A program made the translations under genes and the position numbers. Positions 27,001 through 39,515 of a DNA stretch of 64,000 nt are shown here, piece after piece (positions within the stretch are counted from its first letter, which is position 1; each line of letters begins with the position of its first letter). Source of the stretch: Hydrolagus colliei. Lineage: Eukaryota. A model generated the notes under the pieces. The model did not search any database, was not told where the DNA came from, and was given only the letters and a program-made list of their open reading frames with translations. Location of the stretch: contig CM068742.1 of NCBI GenBank assembly GCA_035084275.1, forward strand, positions 101,742,001-101,806,000, read 5' to 3'.

Positions 27001-28894
27001 ATGCTATATGATATGGGTGAATTTTGGGTATTTTGTGGATGGAAATTAATATAAAATGTAGATGGAAATAAGATAATGTTTGAAACTGAGGATATAAGCT
27101 ATATATAGAGATCATACAATATTCTTGTGTGATGATGTACATGTACACATCCCAACAGGGGAAAATCTACATTAACTATAATGTTGAAGTGAATTAATGT
27201 GATCAGCACATAGAGCATCACCAATTTACAGCACACCCACATTTTCTGAGTCTCCTTCACTGCTTAAATCTTTTGAAATAGCACATGTGATAATAAATTA
27301 TTTACGAGTATACAGGATCAAAGTGCTATTGGAAAAGAGAAGGGTGTTCCTCCCAATCCCCTGGAAAACAAGTTAAATTGGTCACTCACTTATTTGTGGG
27401 ACACTGCTGTAACCCAATTGGAAGCAAAGTTTGCCTGGATAAAAAATACATCATCACTAAACTTTACAATAACCTCTCAACACAGATGCTATTTCAAATA
27501 TGGGATTATTATTGTAACCTTATTGCTGACATTATATGATATTTCCTTGCTTTGTATATTTGGGTATAATAATCAATTATTTCAAATGAGATAGTTTAAT
27601 AAAGAAACAGTGTGTCATCTCCTTTGGATGACCTGAAATACATTATACCTGAAATACATTTTGCAGATCCATGAGAAAGTACATTTGAGGCAGTTTCACC
27701 AATCTCAGCTTTCCTCACATCCCCCACTTCAACCACCCCACAATTTGTGGCCAAGCTTTCAGCCTATCAGTCTCCACTCTCTGGAACTCCATCCCTTAGT
27801 CCCTCCAACACACTCCCTCTCTAGGATCTTTTAATGTCTGTCTCAAGACCTTGCTCTTGCCCCTTCCCACCCCATTTAGTTCCCACTTCCAGCTTAGGTA
27901 CCAACCCTTGACTGTTAAACACCTTCCCAACAATGTCCTAAGGTGTTTACCAGTTCTGACTAAGGTACTTGCTAGTTCTGACTTGCTATGAAAAATGTAA
28001 ATTGCATTGTCATTTATAAATAATTCCTGTGAGAAATTGTTGCGTAATAGATCCCATAACATCTGCTTGAAATTTATATCAAACAAAATTTTAACATTTC
28101 CTTTTTTCCCCTTCCTTCTAGAATAATGAATGCTTCTTCGGTTCATTCTGGCAGTGCTGAATAGCCACCGCATCCCACATAGTCTTCCAAGACTCATAAA
28201 AGCTTAAATAATACAGCAATCAGGCACCAGTAAAGAGCTTGTGAGTCTTGGGGTCCCTCAGGCCTCCTCATTTGTGGATTTGCTTCAGTACATCATTATA
28301 AAGCAGCTTTTCAACACTGTTACCAGGGATTGGCTTTATTTATAGGATTGCATTATCAGCTTCACATTTTGTGAACTTAACAGCTGTAATACTATTTAAC
28401 CTAACAGGCAAGGCCTTCCTTAAACTGTGAAAAAGAGGACAAAACTCTGTGTAAAGTTACTGCCCCAAAGTTTTTCTTGTTATATGTTGTGAGGCCGCTG
28501 ACAGGCATGAAAAGCTCCGTGTTTTTTGCGGTTAGTCGAATCTGGCACGCATGTGTTAAATCAACACCATGTTTAATAACCCACAAACAAAATTACTGAG
28601 TTACACAACATACATGGAAATTCCACTGTGTCTGGAATGGAATGTATGCTCTCTTCCCAGGTGAATGCTTATCTAATCCCAGAGAGTATTAGCTACAGAA
28701 CTAAGGCTTGGTAACTCCAGAGTTTCCATTGGGACAACTGCTGGAGTCCAACCAGCTAAAACTATACAGCTTGCCATTGCTTGATGGTATCAGTCGGCAA
28801 CACTGAACAAATGTCCTGCAAAATTCAGCCTTCAAAACCATTGGTTTTCCATTTGTTTGATAAAGAGGCAATTGGGAGTAGTTTAACCTCTGAC

Positions 28895-29078
28895 CTGGTT
28901 TCTGTACACGATGCCGTCCACGGGGTCAGTGTATTCAAAATTATCTGTCTTCTCCACGGTGAAGTTGTGATTGCCAACAGCAAACTGCTGACTGGCGAAG
29001 GACCGGTCCGTGATGACAGCCTCAAGATCCCTCATCAAGTTGTGTGCGACCCGGGAATCCACTTCCTCATAATCAAAC
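28895..29078 (-). CDS. pgm5: Phosphoglucomutase 5, exon 9 equivalent (184 bp)
   Basis: Translates (R)FDYEEVDSRVAHNLMRDLEAVITDRSFASQQFAVGNHNFTVEKTDNFEYTDPVDGIVYRNQ. The CRFDYE, MRDLEA and QQFAVG motifs are PGM5-type. Acceptor ttatgtag, donor gtcaga. Confidence 0.95.
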
Positions 29079-29080
29079 CT

Positions 29081-30005
29081 ACATAAGAATATAAGAACAT
29101 AGGAAATACTAGAGAGAAAAAGACCAAGGTCCATTAAGTTCCCCTTCCACCTCCTGGAGGTCGAATACACATATGACCCAAACTACATATGTACTCTACC
29201 CCATAATGTTATTTCCTAAAAGAAAACGGTCTCATCTGTGTTTGAAAGATTGAATACTTCCTGCTTCAACCATCTCCCTGGTTCACTATTCACTCAATGA
29301 AATAGTGTTTGTGTAGATTTGTTCTGATTGTTGAAGACAACAATCATGTCACCTCTAAATCCTCTCTTTCCCAGCGTGAACATGCCCAATTTACTTAGTC
29401 ATTCCTCATAGTTCAGTCCCTCCATTCCCTCAATCATTTTGGTTGCCCACCGCTGTGTCTTTTTGACTTCTCCAACATCATTTATATACCACAGCAACCA
29501 AAACTGTGCACATTACTCACCAAAGTGTGGTCTCACCAATCGTTTTACAATAAATGTATAAATGGCAAAATTATACCACTAATTCGACTTACTAGTTTCC
29601 TTACTCCACACACCTAATAATCCTCAAAAAATAAAACAATAATAAATTGGTCATTTCAATCCACAACTGTTGGTGGGACACTCTGTGCACAATTGGCTGC
29701 TACATTTCGCCCACAAATATACAGCCAATTCACCTTACAGTATATTCTGTGAAGCGCTTTGAGACGTCTAGAAGTTGTGAAAAGTGCTATATCAAATGGA
29801 AGGATTATTATTATTACTACTGATCTGTTGATACGTCCCAACATCTGGTTTGCTTTACTCACTGCCACAGAGCATTTTTGGGTGAGGTTCAATTATTGTC
29901 AATCAAGACCCCCCCAGGTCCTTTTCATTTTCCAGACATATTATTTTCTTTCCGTTCATATAATAATTTAATCCCTACAAGATTTTTTTATCCCTATGTG
30001 AAATA
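29081..30005 (-). mobile_element. Old CR1 3' fragment abutting pgm5 exon 9, interrupted by a SINE (about 29590-29818)
   Basis: Degenerate translation LVRPHF...AQFW...TQRWATKMIEGMEGLNYEE...RGDMI. The (TTCTTATG)n-type tail ends 2 nt before the exon. Confidence 0.85.
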
Positions 30006-30349
30006 TAGGACCTTGGGAAGTCCTCATAACATGAAATGCATTATACAAATGTAATTTTGTTGTTGTTTACATTTATCCACATCCACATAAATACTAGTTG
30101 TTGTAGATCCTATTAAGTTTTTTGAGATATCTGTTTGATGTGATAGGCTCTATATCAAATGCAGGGATTATTATTATTATTATTATATTAACAGACAAGA
30201 AAATGACACAATTGAGGTGTTTGTGAGCATCTTCTAATGGTGTGTTAGAGAACACTATTGGTGGAGGGATGGCTTTTTCTCTGATAGGCTGAACTTTATG
30301 CTCTGATCAAGCCACCTTTATGGGTTGTGACTTTCGTAGTGTTTCTGTA

Positions 30350-30640
30350 GATTCGATTTCCCAACCCCCACATTATAATCTTCATGTCTGAGTCCAGACA
30401 GTCACTTCTGTTCAACAACATGGGGTATCGCAGTTGAACCTGACCTTACCCATTATCCACACACATGCAGAATTCTGATTTAGACCTAGGAATGTTTGCT
30501 AATGTTTTCTCCTCCCTCACCCAGGGTCACCCGAACCCAAATGCAGCAATGATGCACCATCTGGCTGAGATCAACTGATTCCACTTTCTTGGTCCATATG
30601 GCTCAGTATTGGACCACAAGATGATTTTTCCATCTGACTC
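30350..30640 (-). mobile_element. Old chondrichthyan SINE-like element, family unassigned
   Basis: ACTGAGCCATATGGACCAAGAA...GTTGATCTCAGCC...CCCTGGGTGAGGGAGG...CATGAAGA resembles a recalled shark interspersed repeat; not verified. Confidence 0.4.
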
Positions 30641-30652
30641 TAGAAAATGCAA

Positions 30653-30867
30653 GGTCTAAATTCCCACACAATCTTAGCCTGAAAGACCATTTTGTCTTAA
30701 AATTTAAAACTATGAAAAATTTGGGATAATGTTTCAACTTGGTCTTGATTTGGAAACCATTTTTTCCTACGCTTCCAATTTAAGAACTGATTTGAAGAAC
30801 GTTTCCCAATTCTATGTAATCTTAAATTTTAAGGTTAAGACAGCCTAAGACTCGATGGAATTCAGCC
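30653..30867. mobile_element. Foldback / palindromic MITE-like element
   Basis: Arms of about 100 bp are diverged reverse complements of each other. A related element lies at about 11510-11728. Confidence 0.7.
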
Positions 30868-31159
30868 AACAAAGCACTTTAAAAAAATACTATTTATAGA
30901 TCAAAGATACAGGAATGTTCATGTGTAGGTAGAATGTACGGAACCGTCAGTCTGGTTTGCAGACCCTTGAGCATGATGATGGGTTTCTGTAAGTATCAGA
31001 CATCTATCTGACCAAAAGAAGATTATATCTCACAGGCATTTCAGGCTGTGTGTTAGTGTTGGGAATAGGCTCCCAACACTATCAGTGTGATACACTGTGT
31101 GGTATGGTGTAGTAGCTCCCTCAGTGGCTGGACAGATACCAAGGTGAGGAACAAATCCA

Positions 31160-31440
31160 GTCAACAAGAGGGTCAAGACAGAGGGATTGAGGAACAATGT
31201 TCCAGAGTTTGGGGCAAAGTGGTTAATACATGACCTCCAATGGTAAGGCGAAGGGTACGAGGGATGAGCAGGAGGCCAATGCCTGTTGAGCTGAGCCACT
31301 GGATGGTGGACTGGAGAGTGAGGAAGTCGGAGAGATAGGGAGGTGCCAGAGAGTGAAGGGATTTGAACATGAGTGAGGATCTTGAAGTCGATCCATTCGA
31401 TGATTGGGGAGCCAGTGGAGCCTGGCCAGAACTTGTGAGA
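31160..31440 (-). mobile_element. Old L2 fragment just downstream of the exon 8 donor
   Basis: HISQVLARLHWLP and FKSLHSLAPPYLSD remnants. Confidence 0.75.
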
Positions 31441-31498
31441 TGTGAGTACGAAGTTTGGTCCGAGTTAGTAAGTGGTCTGTGTTCAATTTCTCTTCTCA

Positions 31499-31654
<156 letters not shown>

Positions 31655-32782
31655 TTAAGTGGTACCAACAGATTGACTCCTTTTAAGTTGCCCTCAGTTT
31701 CAACAACTAGCCCTTGAGGAGCCCTGCATTGCCAGAGATGCCATCCTTCAGATTAAACATTAAATACACCTTCCTGCTCAGGTGGACACTAAAGATCCAA
31801 TGGCACTACAGGAAAAAGAGGATGATGTTTTTCCTGGTGGCCAGACCAACAAACACCTAGATAAACATTCTTGCTAATTTCAAATTGACTGCCACGTTCA
31901 TCTACTAAATGTGAAAAATCTTTTGAAGCACTTTTTGATGTTACGGATGCTAGGTCAAATGCAAGGCTTAGTTTTAATTATTTTATTTTTATTATTCTAT
32001 ATAGGTGTGTGTAGCCTGGTACAGGAGAGAATTAAGGCTTTCCAGAATAAAATCAAATTGCTGCTGATAGATCGTTACATTTTGGTGAAGTTGAGAGTTT
32101 ATTAGTGGTGGTCAAACCAGGCTGAGAGGCCCTGTTTGAGCACTATAAACGAGACCACAGTGGGATGTCACAGTGGAGGCTATTAACAATTCCACTAAAT
32201 CCAATCCAATGCGAGGGAACAGCGAAGGAAATACATTCTGCTGATCAATTCAGAATGTTTCCTAATGGCTAAGGCTGCACCAAGTCAATTAAACAGACAA
32301 GCGAAAGGAAAGTGTGAAATTAAAGGTTTATGTCTGCCAGGACAAAGTGAGGCCTTTTGGAGGTCAATTCAAAAGTGTGGAAGAATTGAATTTGCAACAA
32401 GGTCCAAATTCCAATTTAAGTCCTGTTCCAATTGCACATTTTCTCATCTACTTTTCCAAGAATCACACAGTTACAGTTACCAGCAGACTGAGTGGCTGAA
32501 GGATTTTAACTGGCAATCACTGGGTAACACATCTATTCTTGGCAAAATTTGTCTTTGAACCCACATGCACTACTTTCCACAAGCAACAAAGAAAATATTA
32601 TTGGGTTGGAGGGCAGCTGAGTAAAGAGGTGAGCTGTAGGTAGATTTGGGGGATTGAAGCCCCTCTAGCCCTAGCTACCAACAACGGCCCCCTCATGTGA
32701 GCCGTTGCACTTGCAGAATGATTATCAACAGACATATGTGAGAGGGAAGAAGGAAGGGAGCAAGGACAACAACAAATTACGT

Positions 32783-32896
32783 TTATAATAATATTCCTTG
32801 CATTTGATATAGCGCCTTATCATGTCTTCAAGACATAAAATGAAGAGACATATCAAATGCTTCAAGACATATCAAATGCAAGGAATATTATTATAA
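32783..32896. repeat. Perfect 28-bp inverted repeat inside a SINE tail
   Basis: TTATAATAATATTCCTTGCATTTGATAT (32783-32810) and its reverse complement (32869-32896). Confidence 0.9.
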
Positions 32897-35800
32897 TCTC
32901 AAAGTGCTTCACAAAATATACTGTAAATTGAACTGACTGTATATTTTGTGGACAAAATGCAGCAGCCAATTGCGCATAGCAATGTCCCATAAACAATCAT
33001 CGATTGAGTGAACAATTTTTTTAAAGGAATTATTACCTCTGGAAAAACGATCCACCAATCAACTAACCAGGTTCCAACTTACTACTAAGGTAAACAGAGG
33101 CAGGTGGTGTAAGCAATCAAACCCAGGTCTCTCGCATGCGAGGTGACTGCTCGAACCACAGAGCCACAGGAGTATACTCACTTATATATAAACTACATTT
33201 ATACAAATGCCTATCATGCCAAAAGGACATCCCAAGATGCTGAAAGGCCGAAAGGAAGGAAGAGGTTGCAGGATGCTCTCATAATCATCCTAGTTATTTT
33301 CTGTCCAGCAAAACTACTTATTAAAAAAAAATAGTTTTCTGCTTTTGTGATAAATTGTTTTTTTCATAACCTATGCTTCAAATTCTTCCATGGTCACAGC
33401 CTATTCACACTAATTGTTGTAAAATACTTCGGGACCTTATAGCAACAAACTGAACTGATCTAAATGGCTGGGATACTGGGATCTGTCCAACATTCTGTCT
33501 AATTGAGATTGAATAATCTGTGGTCAAACAAAGAATCATTAGGCATAAACCCAAAAGAGTTAGATGACAAGACATGTCTGTCAGTAACTCTGACAAACGA
33601 TAGAGAATGTACATGCATTATTAAGACTGACGTAGAAAAGACCAAAAAATGTTGAAGAGAAACTGTTCAACTATTCAACTTGAGTATGAGGTTTATTGAA
33701 TTCCACAGTAGCATGCTTAGAGGAAATAACATAAACAACAACAACAGGCATCCATTATTCTTAATCCATGGGCAAATCTGACGACATATTGGCGCATTCA
33801 AACCAGAGATGGCACAGTGCTCACTTCTTGGCAGTGCAGCAATAACAATTATCGAAAATTATAACAGTGATAATTCTTGCATTTGATATTGAACCTTTCA
33901 CGTTGAGAGGAAATCACAAATCATTTCTGAGGATTTTACTGTAAAGTGAAGGGATTTTGTGTGATGTGCTCATGGATGACTGCATCGTCCACTTAATTTC
34001 ATTTTGAAAAGTGCTTCAAGATGTTTCTTAAATTTTTTACAATAATAATCCTTGTATTTGATACACTGGCTGCAGCAGAAACCAAAGAGCTGCATCATCC
34101 ACCAGCACATCCAGTCCTTTGGTTATTGCTGCAGGTCCTATGCTTTCAAAAGGGAAATGTGGAATGTGACTGGACCTTGTGGGAACAGGGCTGCAGTGCA
34201 ACAAACTTTAGGTGGAGTAAAATCAAATCAGTTCACTTTCATCTTGCAACGGACTTAAATACATTCAACCTACCAGTAAAGCACAATATCAGTATACGTT
34301 GTTCTTCGTATGAGAAATGAGTGTTTCTTCTTTAAATTGAGTGTAGGTTCAAAGATTTAAAAAAATTAAATAGTGACAGAAGAATCACAGAATCAGCAAC
34401 ACAGATGGTGTCTAATAATAATAACAATCATTGTATTTGCACCTTATCATGTTGTTAAGACATCTCAAAGCACTTAGCAGAATATATTGCAAAGTGTAAT
34501 GACTGTGTGTTTTGAGGATGAAACGCTGGTGTGTCCATTGTGTGTCTACTGGTATACGCTCCCCAAACTGTCTATAACTTGCAATCCCGAATTGGAAACA
34601 AAGGCTCAAGTTAACAGGCAAGGCTTCCTCAACCATATTGTTAACCTAAACAATCTTAATACAGCAACGTCTTATATTTATAGAATGGCTTCTTCATGAA
34701 AGAAACATCTCAAAGTGCTTTACAAAATCAGAATAATTAGAAACAAAGTGAATGTTACAGAGCAGGGCAAACGTTTCTTCTGTAATATCCTACAGGTTTG
34801 GGTGTTTTTTATGGATAAAATCTAAAAATTGCTACTGTAATGATCAGTGGATTAACAATAAGCAATGTTTCATTGCTCTGCCTCTGCTTCTCCTATTCTG
34901 TTTTCAAAAGCCCTGTTATAACGTGCTTCATTACAATGTTGATTTATTTATAATGCTTTCATTGCGCATGCAGGCAGCCACCTGGCTGTGTTCTTGTGCT
35001 AAAAATGTTGCCTCCAACATCTCTTCCCGCTTGCTGGGCATACCACAGTGACATCAGCAATGACCTACATTTTATGAATCCAAAGACTGTGCCTTCAGCG
35101 ATCTCCCCCTACACACACATCCCCGCTATTTCTGTCGCAACTTGGGCTCCCAACCCGTATTTGTAAAGCGATTTGAGAAGCTCTCCCTACGTGGAAGATA
35201 GGATACAAGTGTAAAATTATTGCTGTTGTGGAACTTGTGCCAGTCAATATGGATTGCTTTCTCCTCAAACACACTGCCCAGAATGCTGCTAGTCATTATC
35301 ATGTGAAGAGGCGTTATTCTCCCATGGGCATCAATGATGTTTGCTCTCACACAGATGCCTTGAGCCTTCACAGTGTCAAACTGTTCTACTTTACAAGACT
35401 GTAAACAGATACACGACCTCTGCTTTAATTCGATGGCATATGATCTGGAGTGGGTCTACAATGAGCCACGTGACTACAATCAGGCTACTGTGTGCTGCAT
35501 TCTCTTTTAGATACAATCATTTATAGACAACATAAATAGCTTTGGTTCCCATTGTGTGGCTACTCAGAAAGAGAACTTAGAAACACTGGAACTTGTACCA
35601 CACACTTACTCTCAGTTACGTGCATACAAAATTTTCCCCAATTAGCACAGCTGCAAGTGGGACATTACTGACTTGATCAATGCTTTATATGGACTGGAAA
35701 TTGCATCCATGTGTGACCTGTAGTGTATGAGCTTAAAAGTGTGAAGTATTTACAGTTAACTGCTGTTGTAGTTTACTCCATTGTGCGTTTATCTGTGAAG

Positions 35801-36055
35801 ATATGGGTTTGCTCAACCCAGTGGCAAACTTGTCAGATCCCTACTGCATCCACACCACCAGTTTTATAGTGATCTTGCAATCACACAATTTGAACTGGCT
35901 GAAGAACTTCTAAGTCATTTTGTCCATCTTACTATCTCTTCCCGACATCGACGTTGAAAGGAATAATCAGAAAGACGCTTACTATTCCTTTATCTATATT
36001 CACAGCACCATTTGGCTTCTGTTAAAGCAAAGTACCAATAGATAGGGTTGACCTA

Positions 36056-36445
36056 CAACAACAACAAAATTACATTTGTATAGTGCTTTCCATGTCAGGA
36101 GGACATCCCAAGGTGCTGGACAGACAGTATTCTGGACCCGAACAGAAGCAGGGATCCGGGAGGGTAGAGGCCAGTGGGTGGGGGGGTAAGAAGGTTGATC
36201 AAAAGCACAGTGAAACAGAGGACCTTAAAGTGGGTCTTAAAGGAGGTGGGGGATGGGAGGAGGGGGAGGGACTGCAGAATGGAGTTTCAGATGGTGGAGG
36301 CAGAATGACTGAAAGCCCGTCTACCAATGGTGGGGTGGGCAAGGAGGGGGTCGTGAAGCCTACAAAGCAGAGGGAGCAGGCAGAGTGGTAGGGGGTTAGG
36401 AGGTTCCAGAGGTAGTGGGGAGCAAGGCCATAGATGGCTTTAAAT
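36056..36445 (-). mobile_element. L2 3' fragment
   Basis: FKAIYGLAPHYL remnant plus L2 tail. Confidence 0.85.
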
Positions 36446-36791
36446 AGCTTGGCATTGAGAGCATTGTCTGGCAAGATTTGCCACTTCTTGACCGAGGAGG
36501 ACCAGCAGTGAGGAAACTAGCCAGACAATCCTCTCAGTGGCAAGCTATGTGATTTTCCAGCGCATTTGGATATCCTCCTGATGTGAAAGGCACTATACAA
36601 ATGTCATTTTGTTGCTGTTGTATTAACTTACTAAACTGTAGGAGTGCTCCAACCCAGGCGTATACAGCCTTGGCTCTTGCCAGCCTGAGCCTAACACAAT
36701 CCTGAATTAGCTTATCAGAGTGTATCCCTCCAGGGAGGCAGTGCACATTCCGTTCCAACAATATATCTCCGTAATTTCCACTTGTTGGTGA

Positions 36792-37311
36792 TAGGGTCCA
36801 GTGATATATCGATATATCGCTAAAACCCGACATAATTTTCATATTGATACACTGATATAGGCATTTTAAAAATATCGATATATCGAAAAATCGAAAAACC
36901 GAGGTGCAAAGCCGCCATATTGTATTCATAGACCTCGAATACAATATACAGGTATGCAAGGGGTGGGGGGCGGGAGAGAGACGGCTGGGGGGGGAGGGAA
37001 AGACGGCGGGTGGGGTGTGGGGAGAGACGGGTGGATGTGATAATATACAGATAGATAGAGATGGGGGGGATGTGAGAGAGACACAGAGACACAGACAGAA
37101 AAACACAGAGATGGAGAGAGTGAGAGACACAGAGAGAGAAAGATATTTACCTCCTGAGGAGATAGGCCCCGGAACGCGCGCACACTCGGTATGTGCGCGC
37201 CACGCGCGCATGCGCAGTATGAAAAACCTGAAAATAACGATATTTCGGTATATCTCGATATGAGCCCATTGATATATCTAAATCGGAAAATTTCCATAAC
37301 AACGGACCCTA
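36792..37311. mobile_element. Non-autonomous hAT element
   Basis: Perfect 8-bp TSD GTTGGTGA (36784-36791 and 37312-37319). TIRs begin TAGGGTCC; many subterminal ATATCG/CGATAT motifs; GA-rich core. Confidence 0.92.
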
Positions 37312-37780
37312 GTTGGTGATATACTTTTAAGCACTATGATAGGATTCCGCGTGTGTCAGACACCCAGCTGAAAATCCTCAAGCAACCATTCGTTTTAGGT
37401 GACACCATTTGGGGCTGGGTGGGGTTGGAGAATTCATTGGGACATTTCCAAGACCAGAATGTGCCATATTGTGATAAATGCTAAATTTTTATGCTACACT
37501 AGTTTCTGCAGTTCCCAATAAAGGCTTTGTTACTCAAGTAATCAGTCCACATTCACAAGGATCTATATAGGCATCCTTCAAAAGCAGCTGAATGCCATCG
37601 CAATTTATATCAACAGCAAGTGGTGTCAGGGATATACGGGTAAGGTATATGAAAATCTCTCAGAGAAACTGGGGTAAAACATTAGTTTTCAGATATCTCG
37701 AAAAATTATTTTAAAAACAATCCTTCAATTGGATTAGCACGTTTCATGTCAGATGGACACCTCAAAGCACTTCACAGAAT

Positions 37781-39515
37781 ACAACAACAACAAATTACAC
37801 TTATAAAGCGCCTTTCACGTTGGGAGGACGTCCCAAGGTGCTGCACAGGAGGCGTGTGACCCGAGCTGGGAGGGGAGTGTACGGGAAGGGGTGAAACACG
37901 TAGGGGAGGTTGAAAAATTTGGGGGGGAACAAAAGGCACGGTCGAAGAGGAAAGTCTTCAAACCGGCCTTGAAAGAGGAAAGGGAAGAAACGAGACGGAG
38001 GGATTGGGGGATGGAATTCCATAGGGTCGGAGCAGAAAAACTGAAGGCCCGGCCTCCGATGGTGGGGCGGTTCGGGCGGGGGGCTTGGAGCAGGCCAAGT
38101 CCTGCTGAGAGTAAATTGGTTAAATAGGGCGGGGCAAGGTCATGTAAGGCCTTGAAGGTGAGGACGAGGATCTTGAACTCGATCCTCTGGAGGATGGGGA
38201 GCCAGTAGAGATGGGCGAGGGTGGGGGTTATGTGGTCGCGGAGGCGGGTGCGGGATAATACACGGGCTGCAGAGTTTTGGATGACCTGCAGCCTGTGAAT
38301 GGAGGAACTGGGGAGGCCGACGAGGAGAGTTTCTGTAGTCCAGCCTTGAGGTGATGTACGCATGCACGAGTGTTTTGGCAGGGTGGGGGGTAAGATAATT
38401 GCGGAGCCTGGCAATGTTGCGCAGGTGGAAGTAAGCGGTGCCGGTCAAGGCATGGATGTGGGGGAGGAAGGAGAGTTTTTGGTCGAACGTGATGCCGAGG
38501 TTCCTGACTGGCTTTGTGAGGTGGAGAGTACAGCCTTGGATGTTGAGGCTGGCAGCGCCCGATGTGCGGAGGTACTGGCTTGAGCCGATCAGGAGGGCCT
38601 CGGTCTTACTCACGTTCAATTGGAGGAAGTTGTCCCTCGTCCAGGACTCAATATCGGACAGACATGCTGTCAGAACATCGATGGTTTGGGGGTTGAGGGA
38701 TGAGGCAGAAAGGTACAGCTGGGTGTCGTCCGCATACATGTGGAAATTTACCCCATGTTTGCGGATGACATCGCCCAGAGGGAGCGTATAAATGGTGAAA
38801 AGGAGGTGGCCGAGGACAGAGCCCTGAGGGATGCTGTGAGAAACTGTGCGGGGGTTTGAGGAGAAACCGTTGGAAGATACAAAGTGTAAATGGTGGGTCA
38901 GGTAGGAATGGAACCAGTCAAGGACTGTGCCTTGAAGGTTGAGGTGGGAGGAAAGACGTTGGAGGAGGATGGTGTGATCGACTGTGTCGAACGCAGCAGA
39001 CAGGTCAAAGAGGATGAGGAGGCAGAGGGAGCCTTGGTCACAGGCGGTTAGGATATCATTTGTAACCTTAACCAGGGCAGTTTCTGTGCTGTGAACAGGG
39101 CTGAAACCTGATCGGAGGGGTTCAAGGAGTGAGTGAGTTGAAAGGAAAGAGCGGAGCTGGGAGGCAACCACTCTTTCAAGGACCTTGGATAAAAACGGGA
39201 GGTTGGAGATGGGTCGATAGCTTGATGGTTGCGACGCATCAAGGGAGGGTTTCTTCAGGATAGGGGTGATGGTGGCTGTTTTAAGGGAGGTAGGGACGGT
39301 GCCTGAGGAGAGGGAAAGATTGATGGTGTCAGAAATGAGCGGGGCCAAAAGGTGGAGCTGGGTGCGGAGGAGGGGGGTGGGGATGGGGTCCAATGAGCAC
39401 ATGGTGGGTTTCATGGAGGTGATTATTTTAGTGATTGAAGACGGGGAGGTGGGGATGAAAGTATGAAGGGGGTGTTGGGTGAGGGTTGAAATAACGGATG
39501 GAGGGGCGGAGGTGG
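37781..39515 (-). mobile_element. L2 LINE, 5'-truncated, RT domain with one frameshift
   Basis: YRPISNLPFLSKVLE, LFDLSAAFDTVDH, PQGSVLG and YADDTQLY motifs. A 2-nt CT deletion near 38327 shifts the frame (the copy near 62260 has TCTCTCCTC). 3' stem-loop GGGACGTCCTCCCAACGTGAAAGGCGCT followed by (TTG)n. Confidence 0.95.

Noticed and set aside
36534-37297. 225-aa and neighbouring ORFs
   Set aside because: They span the hAT MITE and adjacent repeats and show no transposase or other protein motifs.
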